Below, piece by piece: positions 48,893 through 59,671 of a DNA stretch of 64,000 bases. Positions within the stretch are counted from its first letter, which is position 1; each line of letters starts with the position of its first letter. The notes beneath the pieces are model-generated. The model saw only the letters and a program-made list of their open reading frames with translations. It was not told the origin of the DNA and made no database searches. The position numbers were made by a program, and so were the translations under genes. This DNA comes from Clostridia bacterium (lineage in GTDB: Bacteria; Bacillota; Clostridia; Christensenellales; CAG-917). The stretch is taken from NCBI GenBank assembly GCA_028710495.1, contig JAQUST010000007.1, forward strand, positions 2,393-66,392, given 5' to 3'.

Positions 48893-48920
48893 TTAAAAAA
48901 ACCTATTCTGATTGAATAGG
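48893..48920 (-). terminator. Intrinsic terminator of ispDF
   Basis: Minus strand reads CCTATTC-aatca-GAATAGG followed by T8. Confidence 0.75.
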
Positions 48921-48996
48921 TTATTAATTTAGTTTATATTTTTGATTAATTTTTAATAAGAATACATAAAATTATGTAGTAAAAAATGCAAAAAAA

Positions 48997-50109
48997 TTAA
49001 TTTGTCAGAAGAACTGAACTATAACACGCAAGGGCTTGTCCTGCACCAATTTCGCCGACTTCTTCGTTTGTTGTGGCGGTCACTCCAACTCGTTCGCGCG
49101 CAATTCCAAAAGCGTTGGCAATAGATTGACGCATACGGTCAACAAAAGGCGATATACGGGGTTGCTCGGCTATAATAGTGACAGAAACATTTGTTACCCG
49201 AAGCCAACGTTCAGAAACTTTCTCGAGAACTTTGGCAAGCAGCATTAAGCTGTCTGCATTCTTATATTCTGGATTTGTGTTTGGAAACATATGACCGATA
49301 TCTTTTTCACCCAACGCAGAAAGAATGGCATCCATCAATGCGTGAAGAACTACATCGCCGTCAGAATGAGCGTCAAACGATTTGTCAAACGGAATTGTTA
49401 TTCCGCCCAATTTCAATCCATCTCCGCTTGATTCGAAACGGTGTATATCATAGCCACAGCCAGTTAAAAATGTTTTTACATCATTTGGAGTCGTAATTTT
49501 GATATTTTTGATGTCGCCTTCGACAAGTGCGATTTCGCCTCCGACAAAGGTTTCGTAAACTCCCAAATCATCCGAAAAATCACGAGTACGCAAAGAGTAA
49601 GCTTGCTTAAGCTTTTCGCAATCAAAGCCTTGCGGAGTTTGAACCTTTCGGTATGCTTCTCTACTTTGTGACATCGGGAAAGTATCAGCGCAAATCAAAC
49701 TGTCAACCATTGGAATGCAAGGAACTGCTGCGCCGGTCGTTGCAGCTGCATCAATAATATCATCAATAAGCTTTGCACTCACAAATGGTCGTGCTGCATC
49801 GTGAACCAACACAACATCGCAATCGTCCTCTAGAGATATAAATGCATTCTGAACAGTTTGCGAACGGGTTTCCCCATTTTGAGCATATTTAATTTTTTGA
49901 CTTGGTATTTCATAGAAATCGAAGAAATTCAGCATTTCATCGACATTTTCCGACTTTATTGCAATAACAATTCTAGAAATTCTGTCATTTGCGACAAAAT
50001 TTTTGATTGACTCCATAATAATATTTGAAGTTTCAATTTTTTCAAAAAGTTTGTTTGCGCCATATCTCACAGAACTTCCACCTGCTGCAATAATTGCGTT
50101 AACTTTCAT
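48997..50109 (-). CDS. ispDF: Bifunctional IspD/IspF (MEP cytidylyltransferase / MEcPP synthase)
   Basis: N-terminal AAGGSSVRYG (IspD). C-terminal GYDIHRF...HSDGDVVLHALMDA...GEKDIGHMFP (IspF). Confidence 0.9.
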   Translation of the reverse strand: MKVNAIIAAGGSSVRYGANKLFEKIETSNIIMESIKNFVANDRISRIVIAIKSENVDEMLNFFDFYEIPSQKIKYAQNGETRSQTVQNAFISLEDDCDVVLVHDAARPFVSAKLIDDIIDAAATTGAAVPCIPMVDSLICADTFPMSQSREAYRKVQTPQGFDCEKLKQAYSLRTRDFSDDLGVYETFVGGEIALVEGDIKNIKITTPNDVKTFLTGCGYDIHRFESSGDGLKLGGITIPFDKSFDAHSDGDVVLHALMDAILSALGEKDIGHMFPNTNPEYKNADSLMLLAKVLEKVSERWLRVTNVSVTIIAEQPRISPFVDRMRQSIANAFGIARERVGVTATTNEEVGEIGAGQALACYSSVLLTN

Positions 50110-50212
50110 AAATTATTCTCCTTTCACAACAACAAAATTTGCACTAAAGCAATATTATCAAAAAAAACATTGTTTTTTCGACACTTTTTTTATCTTAAAC
50201 GCAATGATGTTT

Positions 50213-50458
50213 TCAATTTTCGACAATTTCGTACATCTCTTTTGCGTTTGCTTTTGAAGCCTTCTCATCTAAAAATAACACCTTAAAAGTAAGTTTTTTA
50301 TCACCAAAAGCCACTGTGACAATGTCGCCCACCTTAATTTCTTTGGCAGGTTTTGCGCTTTTGCCGTTGATTTCAATTCTTCCGCCATCACAAGCATCCG
50401 CAGCTACTGCACGGCGTTTTATTACCCTTGACACCTTTAGATATTTGTCTATTCTCAT
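50213..50458 (-). CDS. rqcP: S4-domain RNA-binding protein, YabO/RqcP-like
   Basis: 81 aa. MRIDKYLKVSRVIKRRAVAADACDGGRIEINGKSAKPAKEIKVGD closely parallels B. subtilis YabO as I recall it. Confidence 0.75.
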   Translation of the reverse strand: MRIDKYLKVSRVIKRRAVAADACDGGRIEINGKSAKPAKEIKVGDIVTVAFGDKKLTFKVLFLDEKASKANAKEMYEIVEN

Positions 50459-50495
50459 GATTTTCCTGTTTATTTTGTGTATTTGAAAAAAATGC

Positions 50496-50524
50496 TTGAC
50501 ACACTGCTACTTCATTGATAAAAT
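50496..50524 (+). promoter_or_regulatory. Consensus-like sigma-A promoter upstream of rpoB
   Basis: TTGACA, 17 nt spacer, TAAAAT. Confidence 0.6.
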
Positions 50525-50721
50525 AGATAAATGCGCAATATTATACATTCCTACCCTCGAAAGAAAATCTTTTGGGGGTAGGGGGGTTGTAAGATGAACC
50601 AAGTATATCGCAAAGAAACAAAAAAAACAAGTGTATTTTTCCAAAACGGTTTTAGCCCGTCGGCTCTGCGCTTATAGCATTATTGCAAACAAATTTTTAT
50701 AAATTTTTTAAGGAGCGTAAT

Positions 50722-53700
50722 ATGTCTCAAAAAATCCACAAGGTAAAATACGGAAATACTGAAAGAATGACTTTTTCCTCAATCAAAGATGTTCTTGAAA
50801 TTCCATATTTGATTGAAGTGCAAAAAGATTCCTATTTCAACTTCATCGACACCGGTATTAAGGAAGTCTTCAAAGACTACTCGCCAATCAACGATTTCTC
50901 GGGCAGACTCAAACTCGAATTTTTGGAACATTCAATGACTGGTTCTCCAAAGTACTCTGTCAAAGAGTGCAAGGACCGTGATACCACTTATGCAATTCCA
51001 CTCAAGGTGAAAGCCAGATTGACCAACTCTGAAACGGGCGAAGTCATTGAACAGGAAGTTTTTATGGGTGATTTCCCGCTTATGACAGACTCAGGTTCAT
51101 TCGTTATCAATGGCGCAGAGCGAGTTATCGTCAGCCAATTGGTCAGAAGCCCTGGTGTGTACAGCGAAAGAACAACTGATAAAAACGGTGTTCCGCGTTT
51201 TGCGACAACTGTTATTCCTAACCGTGGCGCTTGGCTTGAATTAGAGCAGGACCAAAACGGTATTTCTTGGATTCACGTTGACAGAACAAGAAAAATCACT
51301 TCAACAACATTGTTGAGAGCTCTTGGATTTGGAACTGATGAAGACCTTGCCGAATTGTTTGGCAATGATAGCATGATTGCAAAAACCTGTGAAAAAGATG
51401 TTGCTTGCAAAACCGAAGACGCAGGAAAGATTGATTTATTCCGTCGTTTGCGTCCGGGTGAAGTTCCTACTATGGAAGGCGCAAACATTCTTTTGCACAA
51501 TACTTTTTATGATTACAAAAAGTATGACCTTGCAAGAGTAGGTCGTTATAAATACAACAAGAAGCTTTCTATCGCAAACCGTATCGCAGGACACACACTT
51601 GCAGAAGATGTTGTCAGTCCTTTGACTGGTGAGGTTTTGGAATCGGCAGGACACGTTGTTGAACTTGAAAAAGCACGAGAAATTCAAAACAATGCAGTCA
51701 ATGTTGTCTATCTTGCGTGCAAAGACGAAGAAGGCAAAGATATTAAGTTTAAGATTATAGGAAACAACACAGTTGACCTTGACGCATTTGTTGATGTAAA
51801 TCCTAAAGACCTCGGAATTCTCGAAAAGGTTTATTATCCGACACTTCAAAGAATTTTGGAAGAATATGACAATCTAGACCAACAAATTGTTGCAATCAAA
51901 GCATCAGTTGACGAACTTGTTTTCAAGCACATCACAGTCGATGACATCGTTGCAACAGTGTCACTCAATCTCAGTTTGCGTTATGGATTTAGCACGTTGA
52001 CAGATACCCGCGACAACCACACCGATGATATTGACCACTTGTCAAACCGTCGCGTCCGTGCAGTCGGCGAATTGCTTCAAAATCAATTCCGCATCGGTAT
52101 TTCAAGACTTGAAAGAGTTATTAAGGAAAGAATGGCTTCTGCACAAGAAAATGCAGAAATTACTCCACAAACTCTTATCAATATCCGTCCAATAACAAGC
52201 GCTATCAAAGAATTTTTTGGTTCTTCACAACTTTCACAGTTTATGGACCAACCAAATCCTATTGCAGAACTTACGCACAAGAGAAAGTTGTCAGCATTAG
52301 GACCTGGCGGTTTGAATAGAGAACGCGCTTCATTTGAAGTCCGTGACGTTCACCACTCGCACTATGGCAGAATGTGTCCAATTGAAACTCCAGAAGGTCA
52401 GAACATCGGTTTGATTTCATCACTTTCAACATACGCCAAAGTCAATGAGTACGGCTTTATCGAAACTGCATACCGCAGAATTGACAAAGAAGCCGGTATA
52501 GTTACTGATGAAGTCGTTTATATGACCGCTGATGAAGAAGATAAATATATTGTTGCGCAAGCAAACGAGCCACTCGATGAGAATGGCAGATTTGAGCGTA
52601 ACCGTGTTACTTGCCGTATTCGTTCGGATATCCGCGAAGTTGCAAAAGAAAAAATTGACTATATGGATGTTTCTCCAAAGCAGTTGATTTCAGTTGCGAC
52701 AGCACTTATTCCATTCCTAGAGAACGATGATACAAACCGTGCATTGATGGGCTCCAACATGCAAAGACAAGCAGTTCCACTTCTGCGTCCTGAAGCTCCA
52801 ATGATTGCAACGGGAATTGAACATAAAATTGCTTATGACTCCGGCGTAATGAAAATCGCAAGAAATTCAGGAGTTGTAAAGTATGTCGATTCAGACATTA
52901 TAGTTATTCAAACTGCAGATGGAAGTGAAGATACTTACGAACTTTCAAAATTCCAACGTAGCAACCAGTCCACCTGCATCAACCAAAAGCCAATAGTAAA
53001 TAAAGGCGAAAAAGTTGAAAAAGGAGCAGTTTTGGCCGATGGCCCTGCAACTTCAAACGGTGAACTTTCACTTGGCAGAAACATATTGATTGGATTTATG
53101 TCATGGGAAGGTTACAACTATGAGGATGCTATTCTCATAAGCGAAGATTTGGTTAAGAACGATGTATTCACTTCAATCCATATTGAAGAACACGAAACTG
53201 AAGCCCGTGATACAAAACTTGGTGAAGAACAAATTACTCGCGACATTCCAAATCTTTCAGAAGAAGCCTTAAGAAATTTGGATGATGAAGGAATTGTAAT
53301 GGTCGGCGCAGAGGTCCACTCTGGCGATATTTTGGTCGGCAAAGTCACACCAAAGGGCGAAACTGAGCTTACACCTGAAGAAAGATTGCTCCGTGCAATC
53401 TTTGGCGAGAAAGCAAGAGAAGTCCGTGATACCTCGCTTCGCGTTCCAAACGGCGAGGGCGGTATTGTTGTTGATGTGAAAATCTTCACAAGAAAGAACC
53501 GTGATGAACTTTCACCAAATATCAATAAACTCGTGCGTGTGTATATCGCGCAGAAGAGAAAGATTTCAGTCGGTGACAAAATGGCTGGTCGACATGGAAA
53601 CAAAGGCGTTATTTCACGCGTGCTCCCAAAAGAAGATATGCCGTTTATGGCAGATGGCACACCGCTCCAAATCGTGCTTAATCCTCTAGGCGTTCCAAGT

Positions 53701-54663
53701 CGTATGAATATCGGTCAGGTTTTGGAAGTCCACTTGGGCTTGGTTGCCAAAATGCTTGATTGGAAGATTGCAACTCCGGTTTTCGACGGCGCAAATGAAA
53801 CCGATATCAAACAACTATTTATGGAAAGCGGACTTACGAATGATGAAGGCAAAGTTGATGGCAAAATTCAACTTTACGACGGAAGAACGGGAGAAGCTTT
53901 TGAAAACCGCGTTACTGTCGGATATATGTATTATTTGAAACTTGCTCACTTGGTCGATGATAAGATTCACGCTAGAAGCACAGGCCCATACAGCTTAGTT
54001 ACGCAACAGCCACTCGGTGGTAAAGCTCAATTCGGTGGACAGCGTTTCGGTGAAATGGAAGTTTGGGCGCTTGAAGCATACGGCGCAGCAAATATGTTGC
54101 AAGAAGTACTCACAGTAAAATCTGATGATGTCGTGGGCAGAGTCAAAACTTACGAGTCAATCGTTAAGGGAAACAATGTTTCAGAACCCGGAATACCAGA
54201 ATCCTTCAAGGTTTTGGTCAAGGAACTTCAGAGTTTGTGTCTTGATATCAAGGTTTTGACTGAAGACCGTGACGAAATCAAATTGCGTGATTATGTTGAT
54301 GATGACCTTGACTTTGAATCAACAGCATTGAAAAAAGAAGAAGAACTGAAAGAAATCGACTTACTTGGTGATGATACTTCAATCTTCGGAAGTTTTGTTG
54401 GTGACAACAATAAGGAAACTTCAATGTTTGACGGTGGTCTCTTTGATGATGAAGCTGAGGAAGAAAAGAATATTTTCTCCGCCGGTTTCTCAATCACCGA
54501 AGAAGATACTACCAAAGGATTGTTCGGTGATGAAGAAAATGACGATGATTTGACAAGCTTGTATAACAGCTTGAAGGCAAAAGTCAATGACACTGAAGAC
54601 CTTGACACGGAAGAAGATGACAAAAAAGACAGTGACAACGACGGCAACGGCGACGAGGAATAA
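50722..54663 (+). CDS. rpoB: DNA-directed RNA polymerase subunit beta
   Basis: Conserved throughout. Start at MSQKIHKV after an AAGGAG SD. Long acidic C-terminal tail. Confidence 0.97.
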   Translation: MSQKIHKVKYGNTERMTFSSIKDVLEIPYLIEVQKDSYFNFIDTGIKEVFKDYSPINDFSGRLKLEFLEHSMTGSPKYSVKECKDRDTTYAIPLKVKARLTNSETGEVIEQEVFMGDFPLMTDSGSFVINGAERVIVSQLVRSPGVYSERTTDKNGVPRFATTVIPNRGAWLELEQDQNGISWIHVDRTRKITSTTLLRALGFGTDEDLAELFGNDSMIAKTCEKDVACKTEDAGKIDLFRRLRPGEVPTMEGANILLHNTFYDYKKYDLARVGRYKYNKKLSIANRIAGHTLAEDVVSPLTGEVLESAGHVVELEKAREIQNNAVNVVYLACKDEEGKDIKFKIIGNNTVDLDAFVDVNPKDLGILEKVYYPTLQRILEEYDNLDQQIVAIKASVDELVFKHITVDDIVATVSLNLSLRYGFSTLTDTRDNHTDDIDHLSNRRVRAVGELLQNQFRIGISRLERVIKERMASAQENAEITPQTLINIRPITSAIKEFFGSSQLSQFMDQPNPIAELTHKRKLSALGPGGLNRERASFEVRDVHHSHYGRMCPIETPEGQNIGLISSLSTYAKVNEYGFIETAYRRIDKEAGIVTDEVVYMTADEEDKYIVAQANEPLDENGRFERNRVTCRIRSDIREVAKEKIDYMDVSPKQLISVATALIPFLENDDTNRALMGSNMQRQAVPLLRPEAPMIATGIEHKIAYDSGVMKIARNSGVVKYVDSDIIVIQTADGSEDTYELSKFQRSNQSTCINQKPIVNKGEKVEKGAVLADGPATSNGELSLGRNILIGFMSWEGYNYEDAILISEDLVKNDVFTSIHIEEHETEARDTKLGEEQITRDIPNLSEEALRNLDDEGIVMVGAEVHSGDILVGKVTPKGETELTPEERLLRAIFGEKAREVRDTSLRVPNGEGGIVVDVKIFTRKNRDELSPNINKLVRVYIAQKRKISVGDKMAGRHGNKGVISRVLPKEDMPFMADGTPLQIVLNPLGVPSRMNIGQVLEVHLGLVAKMLDWKIATPVFDGANETDIKQLFMESGLTNDEGKVDGKIQLYDGRTGEAFENRVTVGYMYYLKLAHLVDDKIHARSTGPYSLVTQQPLGGKAQFGGQRFGEMEVWALEAYGAANMLQEVLTVKSDDVVGRVKTYESIVKGNNVSEPGIPESFKVLVKELQSLCLDIKVLTEDRDEIKLRDYVDDDLDFESTALKKEEELKEIDLLGDDTSIFGSFVGDNNKETSMFDGGLFDDEAEEEKNIFSAGFSITEEDTTKGLFGDEENDDDLTSLYNSLKAKVNDTEDLDTEEDDKKDSDNDGNGDEE

Positions 54664-54674
54664 TAGGAGGGTTT

Positions 54675-57600
54675 ATGTACGAACTTTCAAATTTTGATGC
54701 TATTCAGATAGGAATTGCATCTCCGGAAAAGATAAGAGAATGGTCTTTCGGAGAAGTAACAAAACCTGAAACAATAAACTATAGAACACAAAAACCGGAG
54801 AGAGACGGTCTCTTCTGTGAGCGTATTTTTGGACCAACCCGCGATTGGGAATGCCATTGCGGACGCTATAAGAGAATCAGATATAAGGGCGTTATCTGCG
54901 AAAAGTGCGGAGTTGAAGTTACAAAAAGCAAAGTGCGTCGTGAAAGAATGGGACACATCGAGCTCGCAACACCGGTTTCACACATTTGGTATTTCCGTGG
55001 AGTTCCTTCACGTATCAGCTTGTTGCTTGATATGTCACCAAAGGAACTTGAACAAGTACTTTACTTTGTGGCATTTGTAGTGCTTGACCCAGGTGAAGTG
55101 ACTGAACTTACAAAAAAACAGGTTATCTCAGACAAAGAACACAGAGAATTGACCGAAAAATACGGCACAAAAGCATTCCGAGCAGGAATGGGCGCTGAAG
55201 CTGTAAAAGAATTGTTGATTGAAATCGATGTCGCAAAAGATAGCGAAGAATTGAAAGCAATCATTGCTACTTCAGTCGGACAAAAGAGATTGCGTGCAGT
55301 CAAGCGTCTTGAGATTGTCGAGGCATTCAGAATTTCTGGCAACAAGCCTGAATGGATGATACTTGACGTGCTTCCTGTTATACCACCGGAATTGCGCCCA
55401 ATGGTGCAACTTGACGGCGGCAGATATGCTACATCGGATCTTAATGACCTTTACCGCAGAGTAATAAATCGTAACAACCGTTTGAAGAAGCTTAAAGAGC
55501 TTGGTGCACCGGATATCATTGTCAGAAATGAAAAGCGTATGCTTCAAGAAGCAGTTGATGCTCTTATTGATAACGGTCGCAGAGGAAAGGCTGTTTCAGG
55601 CCCAGGCAACAGAGATTTGAAATCACTCTCAGGTATGCTTCGTGGCAAACAAGGTCGTTTCCGTCAAAATTTGCTTGGTAAGCGTGTTGACTATTCAGGT
55701 CGTTCGGTTATTGTTGTCGGACCGGAATTGAAACTTTATCAATGCGGTTTGCCAAAAGAAATGGCGCTCGAATTGTTCAAGCCTTTCGTTATGAACAAAC
55801 TCGTCGAGCAAAATCTTTGCCACAACATAAAGAGTGCAAAACGTTTTGTCGAGAGCGGAAAAAATCAAGTTTGGGATATTTTGGAAGATATCATTAAGGA
55901 TCATCCAGTTCTCCTGAACCGTGCTCCAACACTTCACAGACTAGGTATTCAAGCTTTTGAGCCTGTTCTTGTTGAAGGTAGAGCATTAAAAATCCACCCA
56001 CTCGTTTGCTCAGCATTCAACGCTGACTTCGACGGTGACCAAATGGCTGTTCACGTGCCGCTTTCTATTGAGGCACAGGTTGAAGCACGTATTTTGATGC
56101 TTTCAACAAACAATATTTTGAAGTTGTCAGATGGCAAACCAATCGTTTCCCCAACACAGGATATGGTTATTGGTTCGTACTATCTCACAATCGTGCGTCC
56201 GGGTGCAATTGGTGAAGGAAAAGTGTTTATTTCGTTTGATGAGGCTATGATGGCCTATCAAGATGGCGATATCACACTTCAATCTCTCTGCTATATCCGC
56301 ACAAAGCACGAAAACGAAGATGGAACTGTCACAACTAAGCGTTTACACACCACAGTTGGCCGTTGCATATTCAACCAAGCTATTCCGCAAAATATACACT
56401 TTATTGACAGAAACTTGGCTGAGAATGCTGTAAATCTTGAGATTGAAGGGATTCTCGGTGTCAACAGCTCAATAGACGGCAAACAACTCGAAGCGCTTTA
56501 TAGAACACTCAAGGGCGCTGTCATAAACAATAAAGTATGTGATGAAGTCTGTGCAATAGTCGGCAGAAAGTCTGGCGAACTTAAAGAGACACAAATCAAT
56601 GCAATCGCAGATGCTGTTCAACAATCGGGCGAATTGGACTTCGCAGGGAAAGCTGAAGAAATCAAAGTTCTTCGTGAGAAAATCCAGAAAGTTCTTGGAA
56701 AGAAAGCACAAGCTGTTGGTAAGAAGCAATTATCAATGATAGTCGACAACTGCTTCAAATATCATGGTGCAACAGAAACTGCAAATGTCTTGGACAAAAT
56801 CAAGACACTTGGCTTCAAATATTCAACAATCGGCGCAATCACAGCAAGCGTTTTTGATATGCATATTCCAGATGCTAAGAAAGGAATTATTGCTGAAGCA
56901 GAGAAGAAAGTCATCAATATTGAAAAGAACTTCTCCCGTGGTATCGTGACTGATGAAGAAAGATATCAAACAGTTGTCAAGGTTTGGAAAGATGCAACTG
57001 ATGACGTCGAAAAAGAACTTAAAAAAGGACTTGACGACTTCAACCCAATCTGGATGATGGCAAACTCTGGCGCTCGTGGTAATATGGGACAGATTCGTCA
57101 GCTTGCAGGTATGCGTGGATTGATGAGCGATCCATCAGGTCGAACAATTGAACTTCCTGTTCGTGCTTCGTTCCGTGAAGGACTTTCCGTTTTGGAATAC
57201 TTCATCTCATCGCACGGTGGCAGAAAGGGTCTTGCAGATACAGCTTTGAAAACAGCTGACTCAGGTTACCTCACAAGAAGACTTGTTGATGTTTCGCACA
57301 ATGTTATCGTTCGCGAACAGGATTGCGGAGATAGAAAGGGAAGCGAGGTTGTTGCAATAAAAGATGGCAGAAGCGAAATCGAAAGTTTGCGTGATAGAAT
57401 TGCAGGCCGCTTTACAATAAATGCAGTGGTTCATCCGATTACAGGAGAAATCATAGTTCCTGCTGACACACTTATCTCTGATGACCAAGCTGATGAAATC
57501 AGAGACGCAGGCATAGAGAAAGTGCTCATCAGAAGCGTACTCAACTGTAAAACAAAGAATGGCGTTTGCACGAAATGCTATGGTAAAAATATGGCAAGCG

Positions 57601-58481
57601 GAAACGCAGTCAAACTTGGCGAAGCAGTCGGTATTATTGCTGCACAATCAATCGGCGAGCCTGGAACACAGCTTACAATGAGAACATTCCATACAGGCGG
57701 TGTCGCAACCGGCGATGATATTACACAAGGTCTCCCGCGTGTTGAGGAATTATTTGAAGCTAGAAAGCCAAAAGGACAAGCAGTTATCACCGAAACATCG
57801 GGTGTTGTCACTATTGACCAGTCAAAGCGTGAAATTATTGTTACAAGCGCAGACGGCGAAGCAAAGAGTTATGCGTTCCCATTTGGTGCAAAGTTGAAGG
57901 TCGAAACAGGAGATATGCTTGAACCTGGCGATCCACTTACACAAGGTTCAATCAACCCGCAAGATATGCTGAAAGCAAAAGGTATCAAGGGTGTTCAGGA
58001 ATATCTTGCTAAGGAAGTTCAATCTGCATACCGTTTGTCAGGTGTTGAAATCAATGATAAGCACGTGGAAGTTATTGTTCGTCAAATGCTTCGTAAAGTC
58101 AGAATTGAAAAGCAGGGCGACACAAGTATGCTCCCAGGAGTTTTGGTTGATGTCTTCACTTATGAAGAAGAAAACGAAAAAGCTCTTGAAAAAGGCGGAG
58201 TGCCAGCAACTGCAAAGCGTACATTGCTAGGTATCACAAAGGCATCACTCGCAACAGAATCATTCTTGTCAGCTGCATCCTTCCAAGAGACCGCTAGAGT
58301 CTTGACAGATGCCGCTATCAAGAACAAAATAGATCCACTTCTTGGCTTGAAAGAAAACGTCATCATTGGTAAACTTATTCCTGCAGGTACAGGTATGAAA
58401 GAATACAAAAATGTTACAACAACACCAGCTGAAAAGGAAATCACACTTACACAAGAAGAAAGGAATGAAGGAGTCGAATAA
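54675..58481 (+). CDS. rpoC: DNA-directed RNA polymerase subunit beta prime
   Basis: Zn finger [20 protein letters not shown] and catalytic NADFDGD. Confidence 0.97.
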   Translation: MYELSNFDAIQIGIASPEKIREWSFGEVTKPETINYRTQKPERDGLFCERIFGPTRDWECHCGRYKRIRYKGVICEKCGVEVTKSKVRRERMGHIELATPVSHIWYFRGVPSRISLLLDMSPKELEQVLYFVAFVVLDPGEVTELTKKQVISDKEHRELTEKYGTKAFRAGMGAEAVKELLIEIDVAKDSEELKAIIATSVGQKRLRAVKRLEIVEAFRISGNKPEWMILDVLPVIPPELRPMVQLDGGRYATSDLNDLYRRVINRNNRLKKLKELGAPDIIVRNEKRMLQEAVDALIDNGRRGKAVSGPGNRDLKSLSGMLRGKQGRFRQNLLGKRVDYSGRSVIVVGPELKLYQCGLPKEMALELFKPFVMNKLVEQNLCHNIKSAKRFVESGKNQVWDILEDIIKDHPVLLNRAPTLHRLGIQAFEPVLVEGRALKIHPLVCSAFNADFDGDQMAVHVPLSIEAQVEARILMLSTNNILKLSDGKPIVSPTQDMVIGSYYLTIVRPGAIGEGKVFISFDEAMMAYQDGDITLQSLCYIRTKHENEDGTVTTKRLHTTVGRCIFNQAIPQNIHFIDRNLAENAVNLEIEGILGVNSSIDGKQLEALYRTLKGAVINNKVCDEVCAIVGRKSGELKETQINAIADAVQQSGELDFAGKAEEIKVLREKIQKVLGKKAQAVGKKQLSMIVDNCFKYHGATETANVLDKIKTLGFKYSTIGAITASVFDMHIPDAKKGIIAEAEKKVINIEKNFSRGIVTDEERYQTVVKVWKDATDDVEKELKKGLDDFNPIWMMANSGARGNMGQIRQLAGMRGLMSDPSGRTIELPVRASFREGLSVLEYFISSHGGRKGLADTALKTADSGYLTRRLVDVSHNVIVREQDCGDRKGSEVVAIKDGRSEIESLRDRIAGRFTINAVVHPITGEIIVPADTLISDDQADEIRDAGIEKVLIRSVLNCKTKNGVCTKCYGKNMASGNAVKLGEAVGIIAAQSIGEPGTQLTMRTFHTGGVATGDDITQGLPRVEELFEARKPKGQAVITETSGVVTIDQSKREIIVTSADGEAKSYAFPFGAKLKVETGDMLEPGDPLTQGSINPQDMLKAKGIKGVQEYLAKEVQSAYRLSGVEINDKHVEVIVRQMLRKVRIEKQGDTSMLPGVLVDVFTYEEENEKALEKGGVPATAKRTLLGITKASLATESFLSAASFQETARVLTDAAIKNKIDPLLGLKENVIIGKLIPAGTGMKEYKNVTTTPAEKEITLTQEERNEGVE

Positions 58482-59662
58482 TGTCAAAAAAGTTATTCAC
58501 CTCTGAGAGCGTAACAGAGGGACATCCGGACAAAATCTGTGACCAAATCGCTGATGCTTTACTTGACGCGCATTTGGCACAGGATTCACAGTCCCGATGT
58601 GCAATTGAGGTTTGCGTATCAACAGGAATGACGATTGTTTTTGGCGAAGTAACCTCAAAAGCGGTGGTCGATGTTGACAGCATTGTCAGAGAAGTCATAC
58701 AAGATATAGGCTACAATGATAGTGCAATCGGCTTTGATTTTAAGAGTTGCGCTATTCTCACCGCACTAAAGAAACAGTCATCTGATATTGCCAGAGGCGT
58801 CAACGAAGCAAGTGATTATGTCGGTTGCGATGAGTACGACAAGTTGGGTGCAGGCGATCAAGGTATGATGTTTGGTTATGCCTGTGATGAAACCAAAGAA
58901 CTTATGCCGCTTGCAATCACGCTTGCCCACGCACTAACAAGAAGACTTACTGAGGCTAGAAAGTCAGGTGAGCTTGGCTGGCTTCGTCCAGATGGCAAAT
59001 CACAGGTTACCGTTGAATATTTCGATGGTGTTCCAACTCGCGTCGATACAATTGTTGTATCAACACAGCATAATGAAGAAGTCGCGAATGAAGAAATTCA
59101 TAAAGGTGTGCTTGAAAAAATAATCAAAGTTGCTATTCCGTCAAAATATATTGATTCCGCCACAAAGATTTTTATTAATCCCACAGGCAGGTTTGTTATG
59201 GGCGGACCACAGGGTGATAGCGGACTTACAGGACGCAAAATCATCGTTGACACTTATGGAAGTTCGTGCCCGCACGGTGGTGGAGCATTATCTGGAAAGG
59301 ATGCAACAAAGGTTGACAGAAGTGCGCTTTATATGACACGCTATGTGGCAAAAAATCTTGTTGCTGCAGGTATAGCAAAAAAGTGTCAGATTCAAGTGTC
59401 ATATGCAATTGGCAGGTCAAGACCTGTGTCCGTGTCTATTGACACCTTTGGTACAAGCAGATTTTCAGAAGATTTGATTGCAAAGATTGTTGACGAAGTG
59501 TTTGACTTAAGACCACTTGCAATAATTCGTAACTTAAAGCTTGACAGACCAAAGTTTAGAGCTACAACAAATTATGGACATTTGGGGAATGAAGGCTTTA
59601 GTTGGGAAAAAACGGATAAAGTTGAAGCAATTCAAAAACTGCTCGAAAAATTGACTATTTAG
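58481..59662 (+). CDS. metK: S-adenosylmethionine synthase
   Basis: [18 protein letters not shown] and [12 protein letters not shown]. The ATG shares its A with the rpoC TAA stop. Confidence 0.97.
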   Translation: MSKKLFTSESVTEGHPDKICDQIADALLDAHLAQDSQSRCAIEVCVSTGMTIVFGEVTSKAVVDVDSIVREVIQDIGYNDSAIGFDFKSCAILTALKKQSSDIARGVNEASDYVGCDEYDKLGAGDQGMMFGYACDETKELMPLAITLAHALTRRLTEARKSGELGWLRPDGKSQVTVEYFDGVPTRVDTIVVSTQHNEEVANEEIHKGVLEKIIKVAIPSKYIDSATKIFINPTGRFVMGGPQGDSGLTGRKIIVDTYGSSCPHGGGALSGKDATKVDRSALYMTRYVAKNLVAAGIAKKCQIQVSYAIGRSRPVSVSIDTFGTSRFSEDLIAKIVDEVFDLRPLAIIRNLKLDRPKFRATTNYGHLGNEGFSWEKTDKVEAIQKLLEKLTI

Positions 59663-59671
59663 GAGAAAGAT

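Noticed and set aside
53118-53660. 180-aa antisense ORF inside rpoB, and similar long antisense ORFs at 4121-4621, 34401-34904, 47736-48152, 51436-51849, 59534-60025 and 63508-63906
   Set aside because: All lie opposite strongly conserved genes, have S/P/T/F-rich low-complexity translations typical of the reverse frame of codon-biased genes, and lack an SD.
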